Positions 1 through 13,515 of a stretch of 64,000 nucleotides of DNA are shown one piece after another. A program made the translations under genes and the position numbers. Under the pieces are notes generated by a model, which saw only the letters and a program-made list of their open reading frames with translations, was not told the origin of the DNA and ran no database searches. The stretch's first letter is position 1, and every line of letters starts with the position of its first letter. The DNA is from Magallana gigas. Taxonomy: Eukaryota. The stretch lies in the NCBI RefSeq assembly GCF_963853765.1, contig NC_088858.1:50530001-50594000 (forward strand). The letters run 5' to 3'.

Positions 1-244
1 ATTTGCTGAAAAATTTTATTACATTCAATTGGTAAACATTACTTTGCAATGGGTAATTAAAATTAGCAAACATATTTCTCATAAGGGGAAATCCATAACA
101 CAGCAGCACATACACATGACAAAAATGTGAAATTAAATGAAAAAATAATGATTCAAACTTCAAAAAGTGAATGGATAAAAGTGTAGTTGCCATGGTGATA
201 GGGTGTCATGTGATGAAGCACACACTGCAGCCGTTTCACCTTAC

Positions 245-331
245 CCCTGATTTGATCTTTGGTGGCGGTTTTAATGTGTATATCAGAACATTGTCTTTAT
301 TGGACTTTTTGAGAGTAATAAATTTTTTGAC
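245..331 (-). CDS. Internal coding exon (87 nt) of the left-hand uncharacterised gene; gene continues beyond window start
   Basis: Acceptor atttcAG (332-333), donor GTAAGG (244-239); open frame VKKFITLKKSNKDNVLIYTLKPPPKIKSG; phase 0/0 matches the upstream exon. Confidence 0.65.
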
Positions 332-863
332 CTGAAATATGAGGTAATGATACAAATGTACAGAGTGTTAAAGTCATCTTAGATTTTAAAAATTTATATA
401 TACCCTAAAAGTGCTCAATTGGTGCAAAATAAGAAAAGATACAGATGAAAAGGTAAAAGTTGGTTTTAGTGAATGTATGAATTTGTAAAATGTAGCTTGA
501 ATGACTTAACAAAATATCTTTCATTTAAAAGATGATGAAAAGCATGTAATTCATATCAGACAAGATAAAAAGAAAGTAAAACTGGAATGCCATGCAAAAA
601 GGTAAATATCAGTTGTTTGAAAAGAATGAGTTAGAAATAAGACAACAATTAATGTAAGTTGAAGTTCTTGAAGTGACAACTGTAACACAAATAACAAAAG
701 AACTAAGAAAACAGAAGATGTCTTGCAGCAGAATGTCAAAACAGGAGAACACAAGTGCATTGAGTAGAGTATGAAATTGGAAAATAGAAATGGTGAAGAG
801 ACACTGATTCATATGCACTAGTTCTGTTTTTGACTTCCCTACAGGACACTGTCTTAGAGGTAC

Positions 864-3800
864 CTCTGCAACATCAATGGTTGAGCCATCAGTGGTGAGG
901 CTGTAGAAGGCATGCAGGAGCTGTTTAAGGGTGGTGTACTCGCAGTCAGCACTGCTCAAAGACTGCCTGATAAACTCAGGATCTCTACTGTACAGCAACT
1001 TCAGAAAGTCCCGTATGGAGGTCACCCTTTTGGGTGGGAGGTTTATCAACTCCTCAGACTCCTCCTGTGACCCATCATCAGACAATGCCTGATAGCTCTG
1101 GTTGGCTGTGACCTCTAAGCTGTCTATGTGAGGGAAGGAAGCAACAGAGGACACAGGATCACTCGGCTCACTCGAATAGCCCTCACTGTTCCTAAAGAAA
1201 AGTGGACTGTCCTTGAACCGCACATCTTTGGCTGGAACTGTATTTGGGTTGTTCAGTTTGTAAATGATTGCACCAGGTTCTGTGTTGATCTCTCTTGCAG
1301 TATATTCTGTCTTATATTTGTGGTATGGTAAAGGAGAAGTTTCCTGAACTTTAAGGGAATTGTTTGATGGCTGCACATGAAAGTTGCACAACTGCATGTT
1401 ACTTCCCATTTCATAAATATCCTTACTCTGACTAGACACTTTCTTCTTTACATCGAAATCCTCATGGCTGTAATAAGATATGAGTTCTTCATCACAGTCA
1501 TCAAGATGACTGCTAGATCTTTGGGAGAAACCTCGCAGTTTTCTGTCCGAGTAAGACTTGCTGAAAGAGGAACTAGAGGGAGTAAACACTTCTAACTCCT
1601 CATCACTGATTGATTCAACTAAAACAGAACTTGGGTTGAGTCTTTTGATCAAATCCCTCGTGTTATTGCATTCCTCTGTTTCCTCCCTGTTGGCAAAACA
1701 AAATCGCCTAGATTCTCTCTCTTCCAACTGATCTTGATCTAAGGTGTTGTTTTCTGTATGAGCACTGGTATCAACACCACTCTCATACCCTTTATCAATG
1801 GAACTATTTGGACTCTCTGTTCTTTCAGTCTTGTCCAGTGGCACCTTTTCTTTTATTACTTTTTCAAGCTTCCTTTTTAAAACTTCTGATGGCAATGAAT
1901 GGTCCTTGTGTTTATGTCCCTGTGCTCTATTAACTAACTTTCCATCCAATGACTTTTTGCTGCTTTGTATCTTGGTGCTTGGTTCTCCCTCTTTAGGTTG
2001 AATCATCATTATATTTTTGGGGGTTGACTTTTCTAAGTTTATTTCGCCTGCTTCATGGAGAGACACAAGAGTACTCAGATCTTCTTCCTTAAGATTTCCT
2101 TTTTGTAAAGACTGTAATATAATTGCTGACACAAGGCTTTGCTTTTGAAGCAAAGCAGATTGTTGATCAAGAGTTGTTTGAAGCAGCAATTTAATGGATT
2201 CAATATCAGGATTCTTTGTGGCAAGTTTTGGGGAATTGTCAATAGCATCAGTAGTGTCAACTCCTTCCTCATTTTCTGGTTCTGCAGTTGGTGAAATACC
2301 AAGACTCTTACTGCCTTCTGTCATTGTACTGTTGATTAACAATGCAGAGGGTCCTTTCTTTTCATTGTTTGGATTCTTAGTTTCCAGTGCTTCCTTATTG
2401 TCTTCCCCTTCTGTACTAGTGTTAATCTTGAGGTTCTCTAGGACTAATGTTGGAGAGTTGAAGTCTACCTCTCCATATCCTTCTCTCTGAATTTCTGTCA
2501 CTGACCTCATTTTCCTCTCTGGTAGGTCCGCTTTTACTACAGTTGTTTGTTGAACTTGTTGATCGACATCAGAATCTTCTCCATGGTTTTCAGAAACAGT
2601 GAGTTCCTTCGAGGATGCTATAGAACTGCTTTCTATACCAGTGGATTCCTTTTCTCTTTGAGGGTAATTCCATTGTTCTAATGCTTCGGGTAATTTGGAT
2701 GATATTGTTTCTTTTGACAAGTCTTGATCACAATTGTCAGGTGGATTTTTTTCTCCCATCATTTTCTGGTTTTCTGCATTTTCATTATCATATTTTTTGA
2801 GAAAATGCTTTGTTTTATTTTTTATTACACTTGGCAGGGATTTGTGGGATCTTTTAAAAGAGTCTTCAAGGGCAAGTTTAGGAGGTTTCCAATTATGATG
2901 AGAGCTAATGTCTAAATCTGACTTTCTTCTTACAGACATAGCAATGTTGGCCTCATCTTCCTCCATTTCTGGAATAACAAGTCTAGAGAGGTTATGAAAA
3001 CTATAGACTCCATAGCCTGGTGTTCTATGGCTAAACTCTGCAGTTTCTTTTTCCAAATGACTTCGTTTCAGTGAATCATCTTTGTTGCCAAGCCCACTGC
3101 CTGACAGGCCAACACCATCTTCTGACATTGTCTTCCTCTTAAGATAACCTGTTTCTGGTCTGTTTTGTTTCCAGGTTTCCTCATTACAAGAATGGCGTCG
3201 GTCTGCCAGCTCTACTGCTGCCTTTTCTTTGAGCATGGTTTTCAGTAAATCACCAGGTATTGCTCCACCTTTCAAACTGCTTCTGCGAGAGTAAGTTGCT
3301 TTCAGTAGTTGTTTTGTAGGTTTCAGGAGGCAAGCATCGGCACTCTCAAACTTAGTACCTGTATCACTATAGTATTTCTGAACTGCCAATTTATAAATCA
3401 TTTTTCTGTTGTTTGGATCTTGCCACTCGGTGCACAAAGGGTCAATATACGTTTTTAGAGCCTCTGGCACTTCAAATGATATCTCATTTGACTCATCTTG
3501 ATTCAGGTCAAAGATTGCCTCTTTGCTTTGCTCTGTTTCTTGATTGGAAATAAACACTGGGTTCTTAAGATAATCATTTTTTTCATTTTTATCTATTGCT
3601 TCCTTAAAAATTTCAGGTGTTTCATTGGCATTCCCAAGCTCTTTGGAAACCTCCTCCAATGATTTCTCTTTATCTGATGCTTTCCTTACTAGCTCTTTTT
3701 CTGATGGAAGCTGTGTCGATGGTCTCTCACCTACTATATCCTTTATATCTCCTTTTTCTGTCAGAACCTCTGATAACTTTTCCATGTCTGACATTTCCAT

Positions 3801-4523
3801 GGCTTGCTCTTTCTCTGGTGGAATTTCAGGTGATGAAGGCTCTGAAATACTTTCTCTGCTTTCTCCTTTCCTTTCTGCATTTGCAGCTTCACTCTCATTC
3901 TCAGCCGCTTCGACTTCATTACTACTACCCACATCAGCAGGTCTGTTAAATTTCCAGAGAGGTTTTGGTTTGGGCTCAGCTTTTCGGGCTGGAGCTCCAT
4001 CAACCCCTGATCCTATATCATGAATATTAATGATGGAGGAATTCACTACATGCTGCCATAGAGAGGACCTACTACTCTGGGAAGTTTCCTGCTTTTTCAA
4101 TGCTGCCCATCTACTAACTTTAGGCGACTTAGGTCTAGCACCTAAAGATAACAGATTTTTTATAGACTGTATCCCAGACCCTCCAGTGCTTGTAGCACTG
4201 CCTTCTAATTTTGTGGCATCTCTTTTGTCAGATTCTGTTGACTGAGAAATACTGGAGCCTATCAATCCCTGTGCCTGTTCATTATCCTTTCTTTCTGTGC
4301 TTTTGGTATTGCTTTCTTTAGAAAACTCTCTTGACTGTTTTGGGGTTGATGTGACAAGGGGAGATAACTCTGCTCTGGAGGATGGAGGTGTGCTGGGAGA
4401 GGCTGGTAAGCTCCCTGCTACCACAGTCTCATCCAAATCTCCTTGTCTGGAATCTTTTTGCATTTTCACACTTTTTGAATCCTTCTGGTCTGTACTGATG
4501 CTTTTGATATTTTCTGATGAAGA
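864..4523 (-). CDS. Giant coding exon (3,660 nt, 1,220 codons) of an uncharacterised Ser/Glu/Lys-rich, predicted disordered protein
   Basis: Covers ORF 609..4469. Acceptor ttctacattAG at 4524-4525 extends the frame (SSSENIK...). Donor GAG|GTACCT at 863-862 makes the length divisible by 3. No recognisable domain. Confidence 0.8.
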
Positions 4524-4746
4524 CTAATGTAGAAGAGTAGAGCAGTGCAGAGTTAATTAAAGCAGACAGGGTGCAATTTGATGAGAAATACATTACAAGG
4601 AAAGAACAGGTTGTGAGAAAATTTGTATGTTTATCAAAATAACTTATTGAATGTCTCTGTGGTTTTGGAGTCTTTTTCATTGAGCAAGGACTACACAGAA
4701 TTATCACTGAGTCACTTTCACCCCACTGTTTTACATGAATACATAC

Positions 4747-4841
4747 AGAGGATGACTCTGCGGCCGCTATGTCAGGGACTGAACCGGTCGTGGGCAGACT
4801 CTCTGTCTGGTTCTTACTGGTATAACCAGAGTCCTCATCAT
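4747..4841 (-). CDS. Coding exon (95 nt) of the same gene
   Basis: Acceptor ttgtttcAG (4842-4843), donor GTATGT (4746-4741); DEDSGYTSKNQTESLPTTGSVPDIAAAESSS; ends phase 0 as the giant exon requires. Confidence 0.7.
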
Positions 4842-5625
4842 CTGAAACAATGTCAAGCATTCAGTGTCACGCTTTCCATCACTTTACACTGTCATCATAA
4901 ATAGCATCAATATAAACCATAAGCTATGCATTTAATAAAAGTGATTTTGTACCTGGTGGATTCAGATCACTCATATTTGCTGTGTAAATCTCATTCCCTG
5001 TATAAAAAAAAAAACAAAAACAAAAACAAGAAAAAAACAACAAAAAACAGTATGAATGTTAATTATTGATATAACAACAAAAGATGGACAATAATCATGA
5101 TAGTTGTGGTCTTTAATACATGAAAATTTCATACAAGTTTTTACCCAAGTTATACAGGTATAATTTGGGATATAACAGTTTACAATTGTGAAGCCAAATG
5201 AATTTAAAATGTAACACAATGTAACAAAAAGATTATTTGAGTGTAATTTGGGTAACAATAATCATTTAAATAAGTTTTTATCATATTATTCTATTTTCTA
5301 CCATTAAATGACAAAATATTTGAAATTATCTTTCAAAAGACAATAAGTTACACAAAATCTAAATGTAACATTAAGCAAATAACAAGATTTTGATGAATGT
5401 CGAATAGCATACTTTTTTAAAATAATGAAATAAAGTAATCTGTTACTGTGGTAACAACCAGTCCTATGATATTTCAAAAATATAATCATCCATGTCAATG
5501 TACTTAATTAATGAATTAATTTAGTACATTTTCCAAATGTTCACAAACAAGAGCATTGAAATTCAACAAATCTATGTACAAATAGCTGCAAATACATGTA
5601 TCGTGAAGTAAACTTATATACCTAC

Positions 5626-5696
5626 TATGTCTGGTTTCCTCTGGAATGCTGTACAGATAGAACTGCTGCGGGGTGTACCAAGTATTCACAGGGCAC
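5626..5696 (-). CDS. Coding exon (71 nt) of the same gene
   Basis: Acceptor atttttcAG (5697-5698), donor GTAGGT (5625-5620); CPVNTWYTPQQFYLYSIPEETRH; ends phase 1, matching the next exon. Confidence 0.6.
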
Positions 5697-7163
5697 CTGA
5701 AAAATAATTACCAGCATGAATTACGAAGTGATTGGAAAATAAAGTATAAGTAGTTTTCCTCAGTAGACTTTCATAAAGTGGATGATCATTCACTAGTACA
5801 CAACTACATACATACATGCATGCATGTAAAACCAAATTAAGTACAACTTTGATCAAATGCATGTTCAAAATGTAAACATGCATGCATGTTTTATATCTAT
5901 CCTTCAGAGAGTAAGATCCAGTCGGAAACCATGGTTATCTAAGTAATATTTATTTTACAAAACCCTAAAACACCATAACATACTTACACGAAAACCGTTG
6001 AGAAATCAACTTTCACCAATTTTTCACAAATTTAGAAAAATAATCATTCCTGCCTGGATTGACCCTATCGTATTCATAGCAAAAGTAAGACAAGTAGAAA
6101 AAATATGGCAACATATGGGGAGGAATAGAGCTGGTGTATAAGGCCATACATAATTGATGTGGAGAGGCTCTGAAGTTAACATTACAGTTCACTCCAGGCC
6201 AGATTGATCATAGATCTACAACAATGCTTGAAGTACCTGTTATTAATCAGCCTAATTAAATATTGATAAAGCAGGAGATAGACATTTCACAGTCATACTG
6301 TAACAACAGTTTTACATACAGGATTATAGCTTACTAGAAAGATGTGTCCCTCAGAATTAATTCCCTCACCCCACTTTTCCCATGGCTTTAATAATAACAC
6401 TAGATTTGATTCACCAACCCTCTCCCCAATTTTTGGTGGATTTTAATAAATCAAAACTATAACTGGAAGAGATATTTTCAAATTGATTTTTTTTTATATT
6501 TTAAGATTTTAAAGAAATTCAGACCAAGTTCACTGAGTACAGATTGCTATATAGGTATATGTAATATATTAATCAAATATAAATGAATGAAATAAAAGCA
6601 ATGAAATTCACACACTATATATAGATTGAAATTGTCACGAAAACTTAAAAGATTTATCATTATGATGTACGTGATATATATATATTTTTTGTAAAATGCA
6701 GTTCAGATTTTTAGCTTGGTATTGTTGAAAGAAAGGTCTTCAGGCTATAGGCATGCAAAATGCAAGTGTTTCTATAAAGAGCACAAAAATGAACAGCAGC
6801 TAAGTAGAAGCTTCCACTATATCAAGTAGTTTCACAGAGAGCCATGTTTTGCCAAATGTATTAAATTGTTTTTTTTAGTGTGTGAATAAATTTAGCAAAG
6901 AATTTGACTTTCTCCATGTGCTTATTTATTACGTGATTAAAAAACAAAATGATGCATTTTGGCACATATAGAATGCGCATGAAATTCCATGAACTACTTA
7001 TACAGGCATTGGTATCCGCTGCACATTGAAGAAATGGAAGTTCGATTCTATGACCCTTGTTTACAATTCAATGCACTGAATTTTTTCTACAAGACAGACA
7101 TATTTTATATAGCTGCTTACAAATTTAGATTCCCTCTGAAGCTTTTCTGACATTAAAAGCATG

Positions 7164-7166
<3 letters not shown>

Positions 7167-7212
<46 letters not shown>
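7167..7212. repeat. (GA)23 microsatellite
   Basis: Perfect dinucleotide run read directly. Confidence 0.95.
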
Positions 7213-7216
<4 letters not shown>

Positions 7217-8075
7217 GCCAGTCTTTACTACACAACATACATAATTATACATCCAAAGGGTCGACATTCAGTACTTTGATTTATCAAAGTATCAAGTCAC
7301 AATGGTGATTGCATGAACAGTAAAAAGTATGAACATTTATTTTACGAACCTGGAATGACCACTGAATGATCCGTGATTCATTATTTACACAATCAATAAT
7401 GCTGCATGCATTGATGTTAAATACTGGACACACAATTTACATGCCAAAGAAGTCTCTCTTTCAATATCCAAGTCATTCATTTAATTCTTTAATACAATAC
7501 ACTGTGCTATAGTTATATGTGAATATTAAGGTCCATTGTGTAGGAATTATGACAGAATTTGTGCGGTCATTTAAAATATGCACAACACTTTATATTTACA
7601 ATGCTGACTTAATTCTTTAAATCACAACGTGCTTTTACTACTGATTGAAATTTTATTAGCCTGAAGGATTATATAAATTCAAATACATGTGACATAAATA
7701 AACCACTGCCCTGCCCCTCCAAAAAGTATATGCTCCAGCCAGGCTGTGATTATATGTATGACATCATTATATAATCCATAATTAATTTACTCTTTGTCAG
7801 TTCAATTCATTTATTCACTCATTCAAAACCATTTCAAACATATGGTACATGAGGACAAATATAACATTAAAATATTCATATAAATTGGGTCAGAGGTACA
7901 AAAGTATAAACATATATAATTATATAAGGTTTATAAAGTTGGGAAAAGTTATACAAGTTGAAACTCATGGAGGACAGACTACCTCGTACATCTTTGTTAT
8001 AAACATACACAATTTTCTCAACAATTTCATGTTACATGTTGTCATATAAGGTAAGAAAAACAGGGGTATAAAAAA

Positions 8076-8207
8076 ACATGGCAATTTTTATATCACATCC
8101 TATTTTAGCCCGAGGTCCCTGTATATCAGCCCTCGAGCCTGACAGCTTTCCGGCTGATATACAGCGACCTCTGACTAATATAGGATGAGATATAAAAATT
8201 GCCATGT
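8076..8207. repeat. Palindromic (hairpin) MITE-like element, ~56-bp arms
   Basis: ACATGGCAATTTTTATATCACATCC...GTATATCAGCC (8076-8131) is the reverse complement of 8152-8207 with about 5 mismatches. Confidence 0.8.
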
Positions 8208-8240
8208 AATGATCCATATATATATATAGAGGATATCTAT

Positions 8241-8361
8241 ATTGTGTGATTTTATATTTGCTTTATCCAACGAGTTGAAATGGTGTATATATTCGCGAGG
8301 CTTGTTGAGCGAATATAACCATTTCAACGAGATGGATAAAGCAAATATAAAATCACACAAT
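8241..8361. repeat. Palindromic (hairpin) MITE-like element
   Basis: ATTGTGTGATTTTATATTTGCTTTATCCA.. mirrors ..TGGATAAAGCAAATATAAAATCACACAAT; also explains the shared MCDFIFALS start of ORFs 8175..8360(-) and 8242..8499(+). Confidence 0.8.
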
Positions 8362-11300
8362 TATAATTGTTCTATTTATCTCATACAATTTGATTTATAT
8401 TATAAAGCTTTTGAGATAGTCCCTTATGTGACCCGAATTGTTTTTTTTTTTCAAAGATTAAAAACGATGATGCAACGTTGTGTTATGCGGCTTTTGTGAC
8501 CTTGCGCAATACAATTTAGTACGTCATTCCTGAGATAAATCTAACTGTTTTAATGTAAAGTTTCACTGAAATAAACCTTAAAATAATTTTTTAGCTATAA
8601 ATAATTTTTCTTAGAGCTTATTCACTTGATTAAATGAAAATTCCGATTAGAAGACTTGAATAATCAAGTTTGTTGACTTACACAAAGTTGCGGATGCTCG
8701 TTAGTTTGAATTGACTCGAACGAGTAACAGTTGTTGATGTTTAATAAAACAAACACTAGGCTAGCCTTCTGATTCAAAATTGAAAATAGTGAATAAGGAT
8801 GCTTACTGGTGGTGGAATAAAAGTCTTATGAAACATTATTTCGGTAAGTTCTGTATATAAACACAACCAGAGCGCTCTGTTTTCATCGCGTCCTCAGGAT
8901 GAACTCCTTAATTGATAGTTAACGTAATTTGCAGTTTTGAAAGTTGGAAGTGGGCTAAACTTATCAAAAATCTTAACAAACAAGAATAAAGGGTCTTTTG
9001 GTTACGGTTATGAATAACTTTGCAAAAAAAGGGGGGGGGGCTAACCCAACCCAACCCCAACCCCCTCACAATAGCCCCCCGGTTCTGACGCCTGTGTTAC
9101 GCAGTTATATGTTTTCCCTCATATTTGTTATTTAAATCTTTGACAAAATCAATTTTATATTAATTTTTGTAGCAGATATAGTTATGTTGAAAGTACTAGC
9201 AAATCTTCGAAAATAGGTCAGTGAAGCGTTGAAGCGAGGGGTTGTGTCAAAAATAGTTCGGACCGGAAGTATTTGATAAAGCATCACCCGTTTGATATAG
9301 CAAAGGTTTATCACACGGGTAATATACACCACATGTATGAGATAAATATATATAACAAATCAAAATTACATGTTCAATATGAATGAGGAATAGGGTTTGA
9401 AATATACATTTTCACAGTCTTAGCACTTTTGAAAATATATATGCATCTGAGTTGCAAGCGTATCAAGGATGTTCAAGCAACTTCGAGTGAATAGATATGC
9501 CCAACTTTGCTATGCTATTTTCTTCCTTTGACAATGTTAATAACAATACTTTTTAACTTAGAAAAACAAGCGACACCAATGGGAATATTGTGAAATTATA
9601 TTATTACATCTCATCACACTTAGAATTTGTTCGTCAACAACTTTATCTGTGTATTTGTTTTCATAGAAACAATCTTTGAATAAAATCATGCATCCTAACA
9701 GATAGCACACAAATGCTCCATGGTTTTCATTTGCTAACTTTCAATTGTTATTAATTTTCAGTCTTGACGTTCATCAGGGAAAAGTCATTTGGAGGAAATT
9801 CGAGTTATAGATATAAAATTGACGAAAACCTGAATTCAGATTTAGACCAATCTTATTATGTGATTTTTAATGTTTATCGATTGCCTAGAACATTAAATTT
9901 ACATACACAAATTTTCATTTGACTTTCAATGTTACCTTTAAGTTGTCTCATTTATATTTTCCATCGATTTTCAGGAACCGACATGTTCCCTACGAGAATG
10001 TAAACAATGACCGTAAACCGTCTCATTTTACGACAATGAAATTATCAGGCTTAGCCATGGCCTGGACTGAACTATTTAATTGTATTTCACCTACATGTAC
10101 CTTAAATTTCTGACGCAATTAACAAAAAACTAAACGGCAAAATATATGAAATCTATAATATAATTTTTATAATCTAGATTCTATACAGAGACATACATGT
10201 ACAGTGTGTATGTATAATTTTTAAAAAAAAAATCACATTCGTTGCAGCCGAAGTAAATAGATAACGTTATGGACGCATACAATGGGGCATAATTCGTATC
10301 TCAATATAACGTTATAGAACTTTAACTAAGAAAATATATTTTTTATAATTATATCACTGCACCTTTCACTTTATAGGCGATATCATATGGCCTCTGATTT
10401 TGATCTAAACTTTAAAAGCACAAATTTAAATTAAAAAAAAGAAGTTATTTCAATATTTCACAACGCCTTAGCCCTGTACATGTCAATATAAACATACCTT
10501 TGTCCACAGCATCTATCAGCAAACTGAAGAAGTTTGACGTTATAGTTACAGCTTGTTTTTCATGACGTCACACCAGGAAAAATAACGTAAATTTTAATGA
10601 CGCTGCAGATTCTAAAACCATTTGAAGCCTTGGACTTTCAGTAGGGTGTAACTATGTATTTCTTGCGTCAAAACAAGTAAAAATGACGGTGGTTTCAAGC
10701 GAAATATACACCGACTGCGTCAAAAGCCCCGTAAGTCGCGTGTTGATTTCATATAGAACCACGACTGAATTGCCAGCAATGAAATAGACAGGCCTACGTC
10801 ACATTGCTGTTTGAAACAACTACCCATAGTCCAAGCTCTTGTTAAAATGGTTCTAGATTCAAAGAAGGCGATACCATCACATTTCAAAATTTTGAAATTG
10901 TAAGGTTTCAAGTGTGTTATATAACTGTGAACTGTCTCTACGCTTAAATACAGAGTGCTACTCCTCTGCTAACGTCTCAAGCCACGGTCCAGAGTCCGCA
11001 TAGCTCTCTCCTGGAGAATCAGTTAATCCATGGAAAGGGAAATGTAAGTGGAGAGGTCTACTGAACCGTTCACAGTGAAAAAAATTCTTGACAATTCATA
11101 TAATGTTTTACTACAACAACCAATTTAGGGATGTGCATAGATGTGACATACAGATGTAGTAGTCTACTGTCCTGTAAAAAAAATTTAGATGATTGAAAAT
11201 CAAAATTTGGTTGTCATGTACAAATTTTGATTTTCAATAATCTAAATTTTTGTAAAGGACACTACTAAAAACCATAGGTGTGTACTTGCAGTGGATTTCA

Positions 11301-11649
11301 GCGGGTTCATAACCTAGTTCAAGGAAGGGCATCTCATGTACAAGTTTTGGAATTGAAAAGGTAGTTTTTCCTTCTTTATTGCAAACTCTTTTGCTAATGA
11401 TGATAGACGTGAACAGATGCTTTTTTTGTACTGGGGGGGGGGGGGGACTGCAATTGATTAACATGTTTCACTTGAAAACTACGTTTACGGTTTCTATAAG
11501 TAAGAAACCCTGAGCATAGTTTTCGGGGACTGCAATTAATCAACTAAGAAACCCAAGTTTTCAAGTGAATTCATGTTAATTGCCGCCCCCCCCCCATTAC
11601 AAAAATAGTTTACATTTTTGTTGCAGGCAAGAAGAATATGATTTTACGC

Positions 11650-13317
11650 TTGTTTGGGGAGCATGTTGTATACATGGAAGCCAGTGGGAAGAAAATCATA
11701 GCCCGTTTTCCAAATTTTATAGAGAGGGACTAATCAGATTTCTTAGTATGACAGTTATTTATCATAATGGCGGTGATGATTTTATTAAGTTGAATAGCTA
11801 TTTGTGGATAAACTCTGATATTGAATGCTATTGTTTTGTCAAGAGACAAGAGGTTCAGTTATTACAAAGAACTTCACACAAACGCTGTTTATCATTATAC
11901 TGTGCATGTAAAGAACTTTAATGCGATTACGGTAGCCATTTTACTCAATTGGATGATAAGTTTTGTAGGCCTAAATGCAGCAACTTTTAAAGACTAGTGC
12001 CATATGGATTATTTTGAATGATATATGTTTTAATGATTTTGAGTATTGATAAACTCTAGTGCTGCAAGAACGATCTACTGAATAAAAAAAAAATTGTTGT
12101 GCCTTATGGTTGTTTGACTGAGTGTGTCTTATTTAAATGAAAATATTAACACTTCAATATTTGTTTTGTTGTTGTTTAACTGAAGCATCTTAGTATCAGT
12201 TATCCCTTAGATAGTTTAAGTTCAACATTGCGTTTATAATGAAAATTTTCTAAATTCAATTTTAAAACTTACAAATGAAAATTTTCTAACTCCAATTATA
12301 AAACTTCCAATTGTTCCGAATGAGTTCCAAGTGGTTTTTCCGAATGTCATGAAAAGTTTTTCATGTTAAATCCTTCCAAATGATTTGGAAGTATTCGGAA
12401 TCCAAATGATTCCGAATGATTCCAAGTCATTAATTCCAAGTCATGATTTCCGAATAAATTTGGTATAGACTTGTAGATTCTACCCACGGACAGATGGAAG
12501 AGGATAGTGCATATTGGCCGCGGTTTGCGACGATGCTCCTCTGCCCTTACAGCAATTTTTTTAAAAAGCAGTTTATTAGTTTATGAATATAGTCATCTAT
12601 ATGTAGTGATGTAATTTTCCCCAATATATTTCTAACACATTTTACATCAAATTCAATTGATTCTTTATTACCATTAACCTAGGTGCCAGGTTGTTACTTT
12701 TCATATCTCTAAATTTCAGGGATGCGACACCCAAACTCACTTCCTTTGAAAATATTTTTACGACCCTCCCTTTCCCAATTCTAGATCAGCCACTAAAAAA
12801 AACATGAGTTCCAAGCACAAAAAAATTATGCGTATAACAGTTACTTTCATTCAGTACAAAAACAAGTTTGATTTCAATTATTAGTTATAAAAACGCAATA
12901 TTATTGTTAATTCATAAATAAATTTTGCATTAGGGATTTATTGTAAGAAAATAACCCACCTTAACATTGTAGTCTGAAAAATTACAACGAAACAATACAT
13001 ATTTGACTTGGCTTAGATTATAAAGGAGTACAATTTTTGTTGGGCAACGTTAATATCAACGTTAATATCATTAGAAACAAACAACAGCATTATGTCGCTG
13101 GATTATTATATAGGTTCTGATCGTGATTCAGTATCAGTCTGTATGAATTTTAACATTCTTTCAAAATTAATCATGGCCACTGAACTGTTCTACACTTAAG
13201 GATAAGAATTAGTTAAAATTTCTATAATCTTAATGGTAATATTAATTTGAATATAAATATGTTCATAACAATTGCGTTTATACTAGTATACATATAGCCA
13301 CACACATCTTAGGAGAT
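11650..13317. repeat. Left copy of direct duplication flanking the LINE (includes ~770 bp absent from the right copy)
   Basis: 11650-11874 matches 18625-18849; ~12641-13317 matches ~18850-19517. Confidence 0.9.
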
Positions 13318-13515
13318 CAATCATACTTTATTTCCTCTGTTAAGAGATATGACAACATACAACTAGCATATGATTATATACAATTTATATATGCACACAC
13401 ACACCCACACCCACACCCACACACACACACACATTACATGTACACATACATGAAAATGAAAACAAGAGAAAAAGTTATTTACAGTGTCCCATAGGGGTAA
13501 TAGCCTTGAAGTGGA

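Noticed and set aside
609-863. C-terminal ~85 aa of the 1,286-aa ORF
   Set aside because: Composition turns intron-like after GAG|GTACCT, and a phase-compatible exon exists at 245-331.
1128-4527. Plus-strand ORFs overlapping the giant exon
   Set aside because: Antisense shadows of a low-complexity coding exon.
5989-6170. Possible further exon(s) of the left gene (PLHINYVWPYTP..; donor GTAAGT at ~5988)
   Set aside because: All three frames hit stops before the donor; no consistent model could be built.
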